64,000 nucleotides of DNA from Felis catus. Its lineage: Eukaryota. The translations under genes and the position numbers were made by a program. The notes beneath the pieces were generated by a model. It was not told the DNA's origin. It saw nothing but the letters and a program-made list of their open reading frames with translations, and made no database searches. Shown here piece by piece: positions 1 through 11,400 of the stretch (the stretch's first letter is position 1; each line of letters starts with the position of its first letter). Where the stretch lies: the NCBI RefSeq assembly GCF_018350175.1, contig NC_058385.1, forward strand, positions 82,708,001 through 82,772,000, given 5' to 3'.

Positions 1-669
1 CGAGACCAGCAGTGGAGACGCCTGACTCAGCACCAGTGGGGACACTGGAGGTGTGTGTGAAGTGAATTCCTAATGCGCCGTGAGGGATGCAGAGCAAACC
101 CCGCGTGAAGCCGGGAAGCCGGGAAGCCGGGAGCTTCCTGCCAGTCCTTCGGGAAGAGTCAGGGAGAAGGCGGGGAGGGCCGCCCACTCCCTCTCGCTCC
201 CGTCACGCCATCCAAGTTGCTGTGAGTAAAGCTTTGGCCGAAGCCCTCGCTCTTTGCAGACTTTTGCTACTTCGTCCCAAACTCAAGCCCGCTAGGTTTG
301 GGCACAGAAGGACAGTTGTACACAGGACAGAACAACGACAAGATAAGCGAACTGGAAGGAAGGGAGATAAGAGTGGAGGGACAGAGACCAGAGAGGGGCC
401 TGGGCTGTCCGCACGGGACGGGCCGCCGGCCGCGGCGCGGTGCCCGGAGACCCGGTGGGGGGGGCGGCGGTCTGCCCTGGCCCCAGGCTGCACGGTGGGA
501 AGGGGAAGGATAATAGAACAATTCCGGTGTTATTTTAGCTCCAGGGGTACAATATAGTGATTCACTAAACCCCCGATTTCTAACACAATGCCCGCCACAC
601 AGTAGGTGCTCGATATACCGTTTTCGGAGGGAAAAAGCAGTGTGTAAAGGGAAGTATCGGTCGGATTCC

Positions 670-990
670 TCAGATGTTAAGAGATTTAAGGAATGGGCTC
701 GTGCAGTTGTGGGGACTGGCAAGTCCCAAATCTGTAGAGGAGGCCAGCGGGCTGGAAACTCAGGCAGCCGTGTGGGAGAGCAGCGAGGCAGGATTCCTTC
801 CTCCCTGGAAAACCTGGGCTCCCGAGGTTTCCTGCTCCTGAGGCCTTCGGCTGCTTAGATGAGGCCCACCCACATCAAATCAACCGATTGTAGATGCCAG
901 TCACTTTGCAAGATATTTTCACAGCAATATCTACACCAGTGTTCGACCAAACACCTGGACACCGTAGCTCAGCCCACTGACCCGTCAACG
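670..990 (-). mobile_element. ERVL LTR, MLT2-like
   Basis: gagatttaaggaatgggctc...ggcaagtcccaaatctgtag...gatgaggcccacccacat...ccagtgttcgaccaaaca resemble MLT2 motifs. Confidence 0.6.
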
Positions 991-1392
991 GAACCACCCC
1001 AGCTGCATCAACCCAAGGAGAGGCCAACAGCCAGGCAAGACTGGATGGTAGAAGGCGAGTGGGAAAGCCATGAGAAGCTCACTTCCCCACACTGTGAACA
1101 GCAGAGTGGTGACGACACCCCTCCCCCCACCAGGTGAAAGGGGCCACAGTGACGCAGCCGCGATGACTGTCCAGGGTGTGGGAGGAGGGTGGGGGCAGGC
1201 CCCCATTGTGAGGCCCAGGTAGAATGCTCAACTCAGGCTGACTCCGAACCAGTCCTCACCCCCACCTCCGGCTTAGACCTGGGCCTCACTGCCCTCTCCG
1301 CCCGGGGGGACACCCCAGGACACCGCCTCACTTGACTCCCAAGGTCAGACCCCCCAAGATTTCTGAGCAGGCAGTTCTTAAAAAGGGAGCAC

Positions 1393-1600
1393 GGGGGCGC
1401 CTGGGTGGCTCAGTCGGTTGAGCGTCCGACTTCGGCTCAGGTCACGATCTCACAGTCCGTGGGTTCAAGCCCCGCGTCAGCCTCTGTGCTGACAGCCTGG
1501 AGCCTGCTTCGGATTCTGTGTCTCCCTCTCTCTCTGACCCTCCCCCATTCATGCTCTGTCTCTCTCTGTCTCAAAAATAAATAAACATTAAAAAAAAAAG
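1393..1600 (+). mobile_element. Can-SINE (SINEC_Fc-like)
   Basis: ggggcgcctgggtggctcagtcggtt head, (CT)n, A tail, degenerate TSD aaaggga(g/a)ca. Confidence 0.93.
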
Positions 1601-2287
1601 AAAGGGAACATGACAGGGACTCCCAGGTCTGAATTCATGAAACCTGACGACCTGCCGAAGAACACAGTCTTGGGTCTTGAACTCACGCGGGTGCCGTGGG
1701 GGGAAGGATGGGGCCCCGAGTCACCAGAAGCGGAGACTCCAAGCTATAGGGAGCCAGGAGCGTGGACAAGGGAGCCCCCGGGCCAGCAGTCAGAGACAGG
1801 CTTTGAGCACCTGGGTTGGAAGAAAGTATGGCCACTGTCCAGGGGCCCAAGGTAGAATGTCCTGGAGACAGGCCAACAGGCTAGCTCCAGGTGTGCCCAG
1901 CATCCCAAGGAAAGGGTGCCCTAGCCAGGAAGACGGGTGATGAGTTTCCATTCCACAGAAGATCACTGGTTACCCACCTGCAGTGCACCTAGGCCCTCTG
2001 CTGGGTGCTGGGGAGCTACAGCACGCCCACGTCACCGTAAAGTGAGCCCAACAGCACCAGCAGCCAAGTGCACAGAGCCAGGTAAGCGCTGTGATGGAGG
2101 TGCGGCTGCAGGGAAGCCTAGAGGGCAGAGATGAGCTCGCTGGGGTGACAGGACGCTTGAGGGAGCAGGCCCCTGCAGACGCAGGAGGGGTCGGTGCATC
2201 CCAGCCGAGGCAGGACCTGTGCACAGGCCTGGAGCACGGAGGGCTGAGCCTGGCAGAGCAGAGAGGGCCGGGAGCGGGGCACAGCCT

Positions 2288-2300
2288 CTGACCTCACAAT
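2288..2300 (+). promoter_or_regulatory. CRE-like element CTGACCTCACAAT upstream of SPATC1
   Basis: TGACCTCA is one mismatch from TGACGTCA; about 140 bp upstream of the ATG; identical copy upstream of the paralogous exon at 42120-42132. Confidence 0.6.
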
Positions 2301-2437
2301 ACCCAGGGCCCCCTGGGCCAGCCTTGCCTCTGGCAAACCCTGGTGCCCTCCTCCCGCCCGGGCGAGGCCCGGGGCCCTGGGCAGTCTCCAGGTGCAGAGC
2401 CCCGACTCGGGCTGCACCCATCCCGTTGCCCCGGGGC

Positions 2438-5400
2438 ATGTCTCTACTCGCCAATTATGAGGGGCTCCGGCATCAGATCGAGAGGCTGGTGAGGGAGAAC
2501 GAGGAGCTAAAGAAGCTGGTGCGGCTCATTCGGGAGAATCACGAGCTCAAGTCGGCGATCAAGACGCAGGCGGGCGGCCTGGGCATCAGCGGCTTCAGCA
2601 CCGGGTTCGGCCAGATGGCGGCCACTCCTCAACACCAGGGAAACTGTAAGAGACTGGGGCGGGGAGGGGGTCTCTGGGAGTCCTGGAGACAGGGCACGGA
2701 TAGTAACGAGCGGGTGGGACGGTGGCCCCACCAGGGGAGGACACGGGACCATCGGGACGGAGGGCAGAGCCGGGCACCAATTCCTGCACCCTGATGGGAG
2801 GAGGCCCCGCTCACCCCCCTCCTCTAGGCTGACCGTCCAAGCAGCCCCAAAAGGCTGTGAATTTCCCAGCTGTGGGATCCAAATGTGCCGCGCTCCTGGG
2901 TCTAGTGTGTCGCTTGCCCTCCTTCCCCCTCCCCCCCCCCCCAGCACCTCCCAGGGCCCTGCGCCTAGAGATGGCCACTGACAGCCCAGATCCAGGAGCC
3001 AGGGACAGAAACCAGGACCGAAGCTGAGGTCTGGGAGTCATTAGCGTGTGGCAGAGCCCTGGGGCTGGAGAAGATGTAGGGTGAGACGGAAGAGGCAAAG
3101 CACTAGCGGGCATTTGCAGAAAAAGTGGTGATCGGCAGGCTGGGGCCTCGGGAGCAGGGACTGAGCCAGGAGGGGGCCGGGAGGCCACGCGGCTGAGTGT
3201 GGTGATAGGGGCAGGGAGGGGCTGGGGACAGAAAGCTGTGGGCAGAAACTGGCTGGCACTGAAGATAACGGAGGGGGAATTTCTGGGGGTGGCAAGGCCC
3301 CAGGGTGAGGCGATAGGAGTCTGTGGCTGGCAGTGTGCTGTGAAGGTTACACAGGGCGAGCCGGCGATAAAACCCTGTGGTGGTCACACCGTAGCCATGC
3401 CCTCCCGACAGGGTCCTCCCTGTGCCAGAGAAGGCCCTGCGCCCCGCCCTCCCGCTGGCCCCTTCGTCCCCAGTCGGGCCCAGAATGGTCTTCCTCCCCG
3501 AGAGGAGGACTCTGCCCATCCTGGGGCCCCTGCAGCTCGGCCGTGGGCCACAACACTCAGCTGCTCCGGGAAGGTCACAGGTGGCTTCCTAAGTGCCACA
3601 TCCTTCTAAACCTCTGCGTGCAATTTGGGACCGATGACCCCCCTCTTTCTGGGTTTACCCTGGGCAGCGTCACCCACCCCCTGCTCCGGGCCAGCCCGGG
3701 CCCCGCGCTCCACCGCCAGCCAGCCCAGCACGGGCCCCCATTCTCCATGGGGCTGGAGGCCCCTGCAGACAGTCGTGCAGGCCCAGCAACTCCCTGGCAC
3801 TCGGCTCACTCCCAACCACACGTTTCTGATTGAGAACTTGGCCTTTCCACTGGGATGCTAAACCCTCCCAGGTCTGTGCTCCTGCCCTGAGGGTCCCACG
3901 CCAGGCCCTTACTCTTGGAAGCTGCCTCCCTCTGGTCCCCACACACCGGCTTCCCTGCTCTTGAACCACACTGTTCATCCGCGCGGCCTTCACCCCGTCA
4001 CTGGCCACAAGAGCACAGGCCTCTCCTCGGAAAGGCTTTATTGTAACGACTGAGACAATGCGTCGGCAAAAATAAAGACGCGGGGAGATACAAAATAAAA
4101 GAAATCTCAAAGCTTCACAAAAAAGTAAGTCTTCTCCTTTTGGGCTTGATTCTTAACAGAATCCTTGGGCCACGTTGGTTCTTCCCCTTCCTGAGGGGCC
4201 CAGCTTAGGGGGTTAGGAAAGGCTTTCTGGAGGGGGTGAGCCCACAGTGGTGGGAAGGCATTAGCGGGCGAGCAGCAGCTCCTGCAAACGCCAGGACCAG
4301 GGGGCAGCAGGGACGCGGGACCCGTCAGTGAGGCTGACGCCCAGGCTGTGTGTGGGTGAGCGTACTGGGTGCGTGGGCGGGGGGGGGGGGGGGGGGAGCG
4401 GCTAAGTGTGTTTGTACTGTGTGAGAATCGTGTGATTGTATCTGTGAGTGTCCTGTGAGTGTCCGTGTGGTTGTATCTGTGTGTGTGAAATCTGTGTGGT
4501 TGTATCCGTGACTGTGTGGGGTATTATCAGGGCCAGTGACACTGAGCAGTACAGCTAAAGAGGTCAGCAGAGGTCAGATCAGCGGGGACACAGGCCGGTT
4601 CCTAAGGGCAGAGAGCAGGGCCCGGTGGTTGTGGCGGAGTGAGTGAGCTCCTGCTGTGGAAGGAAGGGTCCCTCCAGCTGCTGTGGGGACGGGATTCGGA
4701 GGAGACGAGAGCGAGGCCAGGCCGCGCCGGCTGACACTGAGGCCCTTACAGCCCTGCGGGTGGCAGACCGCGGCCCGAACTAGGGGCGGAGAGAAACTGA
4801 CTCAAGCTAACTGCTTGGATGTGCAGGACGGACAAGGGAGTCCAGAAGGTGTCTCCGTTCGGGCAGAGGCGGTGGGGTGCCTGGCAGCGTGACCTCCTGA
4901 GACCGCGGAACTCTCGTCCCCGCGCCCAGCCAAGGAGGATCCCTGTGGTGGCCTCGGAGGAACTTTCTCTTTCTCAGGCCACTTCCTGCTTCTGCCTGCT
5001 CCTTGTGACTCACCTTCCTCGTGGAGTCAGGCTTTTACTCTTGATTTCCTCTTGTGAACTCAACCTCCAGTTCCTCTTTCCGGGCCCGCCCTTGCACTCT
5101 GGGTACGCTCAGGCCCGCGGTGCGGGGCTCAGGCCCATCCCCGCGGGAGAGGCAGCCCGGGCTGTGCCTGTGCTCCAGCGGCGCAGGGCTGCCCCCGGCT
5201 GGGAAGACGCCTGCGTGGAGCCACCAGTCCTGAAGCTCCGGCAGACGTCAGGGCTGGAGGGAGAAGGTTCAGGAGTATTGACCACTGAAGCCGCAGGAGG
5301 GGTGAGGCCACCTGAGAGGGGCGAGCGCAGCCGGTGCATGAGAGAAGCGGGGAGACGAGGGAAACCTCAGAGTGTGATGTCACAGAAGCCAAGGCACAGC

Positions 5401-8400
5401 TTCGAGGGGCCAGAGTGTCAACAGAATAAAGGCTGAAGAGTCCAGGGCCTCCGCTGACCTGGTGTGAACGAGCTCGGTTAGACTTGACCTCCACCACAGG
5501 TGCTAGCGGCCCAGGCTGTGAGGTGAAGAGTGAGGAGTGACGGAGAGAACGGCACGGTAGGCGGCCGACGCTCCGTTCCCGAAGCGCGGCTGCGGGCAGG
5601 CAGGAGCTGCTCGGACGAAGCCAGGCTCCTCAAGATGGCCGAGACCTGACCTTGTCCCTCTGCGGCGGGAAGGAGCCAGGAGAGGCGCTGGGAGGTGCCC
5701 CTACGGAGGGGAGGGAGGGCAGGAGGCTGAGGAAACCGGAACCATGGCTTCCATTCTCCCTGGAAAAATGACACCGTGGGAGCCGAAGATGAGGAAGGTG
5801 TGACACCGTGGATGCGGCGGGAGCTGAGAGTGGGACCTGGGGGGGTCCGTCTGGCTGTGCAGGGAGCTCGGATGGTGCCACCCGCCTTGGACCCTTTGGA
5901 CCCCTTGGACCGTAAAGGCGGCAAGCCACCAACTTGCTCAGCAGCGTTTGTTTGGGGCTCTGGAGGCGGGGGAGGCGGCAGGGACGCAGGCAGGCGGAGC
6001 AAGGACGGGTTTGGGCACCTCACAGAGGGAAACGGAGGCCAGCTGAGCTGTGGGAGCTGAGGCGACGAAGACGCCCGTGTGCTGGAGATCCAGAGAGGCT
6101 CCAAGCCGGGTGCCAAGAGTTCTGAGCGGGGCAGAAGGCGCTCCTGCACGCTCAGTGTGGGTAACCAGAGCAGGTGGAATGAACTTCACAGGGAAAAACA
6201 GGTGCCACGAGGTTCAGGCCTTGGCCCTGGAAGCATGGCAGGTGGGAGGTGGAGTCAGGATGGGATTTGGGCTCCAGGAGCCCTGCCCTGGGATGTCCCA
6301 GCAGATGGAAGACGGATGGGAAACCAGGCCTGTTGGAGTAGGGAGGAAACGAGGGCCAAACTGAGTGCACAAGGGACCACAACAGTGGCTGTCAGGACAG
6401 GTCAGCTGGGGGGGCAGGGCTCCGCTGCTCTTTGTGCCGGGACCTCCCCCACCCGGACTCCTTCTCTACCCAGGCCCACTCTGTTCCCAGCCCCTGCTGC
6501 CCTCTGTCTATCCTCTTGGGAGCTTCAGGCAGGTGGAAGTTTTCTGCCGCGGGGTGCGGCCTACTTCCTTTTTACCACCCCTGCTCCCCACCACCTCCCC
6601 ACCCCTTTGCTGCCCCCAAACCAGGGGCTTCCCTCCCCTCCAAGTCTGTCCATCCTCTCGGGGCCTTCTCCATACTCCCCACCTCCCCAGGACCCGTCCC
6701 TCCTGCATCAGAATCCCAGCCACCCTCCTCAAATCTTCTCACACCCCTCAGGATCAGGATCAACTCCCCCTCAGGACCATGGTCTCCGGGATACAAACTC
6801 CCACCTGGCTCCTAACCCTACCCTGACCCCCCCCTCTACCTCCCATCCCAGGATCTGACTCTAAGCACCCTAGGCCTATCCTCCCAGGACCCACCCCCCC
6901 GTGGGGACCGTCCTCCTCTTAGGATCCGTCCTCTTCCTGGACACCCCTCCCGGCCATCGAGACCCATCCCCCCACCAGGCCCCCAGGACTAGACCCCCGC
7001 TCAGGGCCAGCCCTCTCTCCCAGGCCCTGTCATCATCCCCTTTGGCTCTTTCCCCTCTTCCTGTCGCCCCAGCACTCTTGGAACCCTCAGCTAAAGCCAC
7101 TGGCCACTCTTCCCTCTGTGGCCCAGCTTCCCTCTCCATTTTCCCCGGGTCAAACACTGTAGCTGTGACGCTCTGGCCCCGCCTCCACGCAGATCCTCCT
7201 CCCAGTGATCTGGCCCCGCCCCGTGAGGGCCCCGCCAGTGCTCTGGACCCGCCTCGTGTCGGCCCCGCCCAGTGCCCTGGCCCCGCCTCGTGACGGCCCC
7301 GCCCCATGAGGGCTCCGCCCAGTGTTCTGGCTCCACCTCATGACGGCCCCGCCCTTTTCGGGTCCTGCCCGGTGAGGGCCTGCCCAGTGCTCTAGCCCCG
7401 CCTCATGACGGCCCCGCCCAGTGCTGTGGCCCCGCCTCGTGACGGCCCCGCCCCATGAGGGCCCTCGGGCCTCGCGTCGTTTTGGCCCCGTGAGGATCTC
7501 GCTCCTGTGAGGGCCTGCCCAGTGCTCTGAACCCCAGTGAGGGCCCCGTCCCCTGCCGTGGGAGAACCCGGTTTTTGTGGAGACCGGCGACTGCCTCCCT
7601 CAGGGGGGCGGGGTGGAGGCCAGAGAACCCTGGGCGGGATGCCCGGCCAGGGTCTACCCCTGGGCCTTGCTGACCTGGGGACCCCAATGGGGCCTCGGAG
7701 GGAAGCGAGGGACTGCCCTAGAGGAGCAGGTTGGGGGGATCAGAGTTCAGTCAAGCAATTTATTTATTTAAAAAAATTTTTGAGTTTATTTACTTTTGAG
7801 AAAGAAAGACAGTTTTTTTGGGGGGGGGGGGGCACAGAGAGAGAATCTCCAGCAGACTCCTCACTTTAAGGCAGAGCCCAACTCAGGGCTCAAGCCCGTG
7901 AACTGTGAGGTCATGACCTGAGCTGAAATCAAGAGCCCAAAGCTTAACGGACTGAGCCACCCAGGTGTCCCAGTTAAGCACTTTAAAACGTTGTAAGCTG
8001 CATTTGCAAATCTAAGACATTTGCTTATCGTTTTAACATTAATCTTCCGATGTAACGAGCAAACCTTCTTAGACCCTAGATGATTCTTACGTATAAAATA
8101 AACTATAAACAACAGTGAATCTAAAACTCTTTGAGGCTCTAATACTGTACCTAAGCCTAGGAAGATTTCAACTTGCAAATCTAAATCAATTAAATACAAA
8201 TTAGGAAAAGATTAAAACAATCACAAGTACATTTTGCATTAGGATGCAAAGCTATGGGACTGAAATCTCCTAAGTTTTTATGTAGATTCCAGGCAGCCCC
8301 TGCTGTGCGATCCGAGCGCCAGGTGTACGCCACGTGATCAACCCTCCCACGCACCACCTGGTGCTCACCCCCACCTGCGACCCTTCACCCCCCCCCCCCA

Positions 8401-11400
8401 CCCCTCCGCTCCCGCAGCGGTGAGTTCTCTGTACTGAAGAGTCTGTTTCTTGGTTTGCCTCTCGCTCCCTTGTTTTTTGAGGCTTTCATCTTTTTGTTTC
8501 TTAAATTCCATATGTGAGTGAAATCTTTCTCTGATTTATTTCGCTGACACTAACACCCTCCAGCTCCATCCGCGTCCTTGCAAACGGCAAGATTGCCTTC
8601 CTCTTCGTGGCTGAGTAATGTTCCCTTGTGTATTTACACTACATCTTTTTCCCTCAGATCCAGGATTAGGGTCTGGTTTAGGGCCACAATAAGGGGTAGG
8701 GTGTTTTGTTTGTTTGTTTGTTTGTTTGTTTGTTTGTTTGTTGTTTTAGGGCCAGGGTGAGGGTGTGGGCCTGTCTTCCTGCGGTTTAGAGACCTCTCCA
8801 GAGAATAAAACCGCAGACTTCTGTGGGGGTGAGAGTCATCCACCAAGCTGAGGCGAAGAGGGGATTTGTTGCTCTCTAAGTGGATTTTCTATTGGTCCTT
8901 CTCTTTTTATCTCTATCTTCACACCCATCTTCAGAAATACTATACATTCTTTTTTTTGTTGGTTTTGGTTTTGATCTGCACTCCCGTTAGTTAACACAGC
9001 GGGTCGGATCAGCTTCAGGTGTAGGATATAATGACTCAGCACCTCCATACGCCGCCCAGTGCACCCAGAGCACCCAGTGCTGATCCCAAGTGCACTGCTT
9101 CACCCATCCCCCACCCCCTCTGGAGGCCAGCAATATAACAACTTTATTGAGATACAATTCGCATACCATACAATTTGCCCACTTAAAAGTGTGTGATCCA
9201 GCAGATTTTTGTATACTCAAGGTGTGTACAAAGCACCACAATTTGAGAACGCTTCCGTCAGCCCAAGAAGAAACCTGTCAGCTAGCTGCTACCGCCTACC
9301 CCTTCACAACTCTCAGCAACCATTTATCTGCTTTCTGTTTTTATGAATTTGCCTAGTCTGGATTTTTTTTTTAATTTTTTTAATGTTTATTTATTTTTGA
9401 GACAGAGAGAGATAGAGCATGAGTGGGGGAGGGGCAGAGAGCGAGGGAGACACAGAATCGGAAGCAGGCTCCAGGCTCTGAGCGGTCGGCACAGAGCCCG
9501 ACGCGGGGCTCCAACCCACAGACCGCGAGATCATGACCTGAGCCAAAGTCGGACGCTTAACCGACTGAGCCACCCAGGTGCCCCACTGGATATTTCTTAT
9601 AAATGAATCACACACACGTGGCTTTTGGGTCAGGTTTCTCTCACTGAGCATAATGTTTTCAAGGTTTATCCATGTTGTGGCATAAATCAGTACTTTTAGT
9701 TGGGATTGTGGTTTTTTTGTTGTTTCAGGGATGAATAATATTTCATTAATGGCTACACAACATTTTGTTTATTCGTCAGTTGATGGACTTTTGCATTGTT
9801 TCCTCTTTTGGGGTACCATGGATCACACTGCTGTAAACATCCATATATGAGTTTCTGTGTGGATTTATGTTTCCATTTCTCTGGGGTATATATCTAAGAG
9901 TAGCATTGCTCGGTCATATGGTAACTCTATGTTTAACTGTTCGAGAAACTGCCAGATCGTCTCCCAAAGTGGCTGCACTATTTTTCATTCGCACCAGCAA
10001 TGTATGAGTGTTCCAATTTCTCTATATCCTTGCCAATACTTATTATCTGATTTTTTAATTATAGCCATCCTAGAGTGTGAAGTGGTTTTGATTTGCATTT
10101 CCCTGGTGCATANNNNNNNNNNNNNNNNNNNNNNNNNNNNNNNNNNNNNNNNNNNNNNNNNNNNNNNNNNNNNNNNNNNNNNNNNNNNNNNNNNNNNNNN
10201 NNNNNNNNNNNNNNNNNNNNNNNNNNNNNNNNNNNNNNNNNNNNNNNNNNNNNNNNNCTTACCAAATATGTGACCTGCAAGTGTTTTCTCCCATTCCGTG
10301 GTTGTCTTTGTTACCTTCTCGAAGGTGTCTTTTGAAGCAGAAGCTTTTAATTTGGATGATGTCCATCTCATCTATTGCTTCTTTCGTTGCTCACTCTTTG
10401 GGGATCACCTTTAAGACTCCATGGCCAAATCCAAGGTCATGGAAATTTACCCCTATGTCTTTTTTTTTTTAAGTGTATTTATTTTGTTTTGAGAGAGAGA
10501 GAGAGAGCACGAGTGGGGGAGGGTCAGAGAGGAGAGAGCGAGAATCCCAAGCAGGCTCTCCACTGAGAGTGCAGAACCCAATGTGGGGCTCCAACCCACA
10601 AACCATGAGGTCGTGACCTGAAGTTGGATGTTCAACCAACTGAGCCGCCCAAGCACTCCTGCCCCTGTGTTCCCTTCTAAGAATTTTACAGTTTTAGCTC
10701 TTACAGTGAAGCCTTGATCCATTTAACTTCTGTATATGATAGGAGGTAAGCGTCCAACTTCATTCTTTCACACGTGGGTTCCAGTTGTCCCAGCCCCATT
10801 TTTTGAAAAGATTATTCTTTCCCTGTTGAATTGTCTTGGCCTCTTCATCAAAAACGAGACCACAGATACATGGGTTTATTTCTGGACTCCCTATTCTATT
10901 CCATTTATCTATATGTCCCTCCTTATGCCAGAGTCACAGAATCTTGATTACTGTAGCAAGTTTTGAAATCTGAAACTGAGTCCTCAACTAACTTGCTTCC
11001 TTCCTTCCTTCGCTTCTTTCTTCTCTCTCTGTTTTTTTGTGGGTTTTTTTTGTTTGTTTTTTTAAGGTAGTGTAAGAGAGTGAAGTGCAGGCTAAGCAGT
11101 GATTGTAACAAGGAGTTCTCTTTTTTAAAATGTGGCTTTGGCCGTTCTGGGTCCCTTGCAATTCCTTGTGAATTTAAGGTTCAGCTCGGCCGTCTCTACA
11201 AAGAAGTCAGTTTGCATCCTGACGGAGATTGCACTGAATCTGCAGATAAACTTGGAGAGTACTGCTAGCAACAATATTAATATTGTTACTTCCAATATAA
11301 ATTAATATAAATTGGCTTCCAATGTGTGAACGTGGGACGTTTTTCTGTTTATTTAGATCTTCTTTAATTTCTTTCAAAAATGCTTGTAGTTTGGGGCGTC

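Noticed and set aside
2219-2437. Upstream in-frame extensions of SPATC1 (and ATG 42121 for the paralogue)
   Set aside because: They overlap or precede the CRE-like promoter elements and are probably upstream of the TSS; homology between the copies begins at the MS.. ATGs.
4037-4100. Clustered AATAAA motifs on both strands
   Set aside because: No associated terminal exon could be identified from sequence alone.
6079-7293. Pro/Ser-rich ORFs in SPATC1 intron 1
   Set aside because: Arise from C-rich low-complexity sequence; no family similarity or convincing splice structure.
7211-7555. Repeat-spacer-like pattern suggestive of a CRISPR array
   Set aside because: Mammalian DNA; the spacers recur rather than being unique, so it is a minisatellite.
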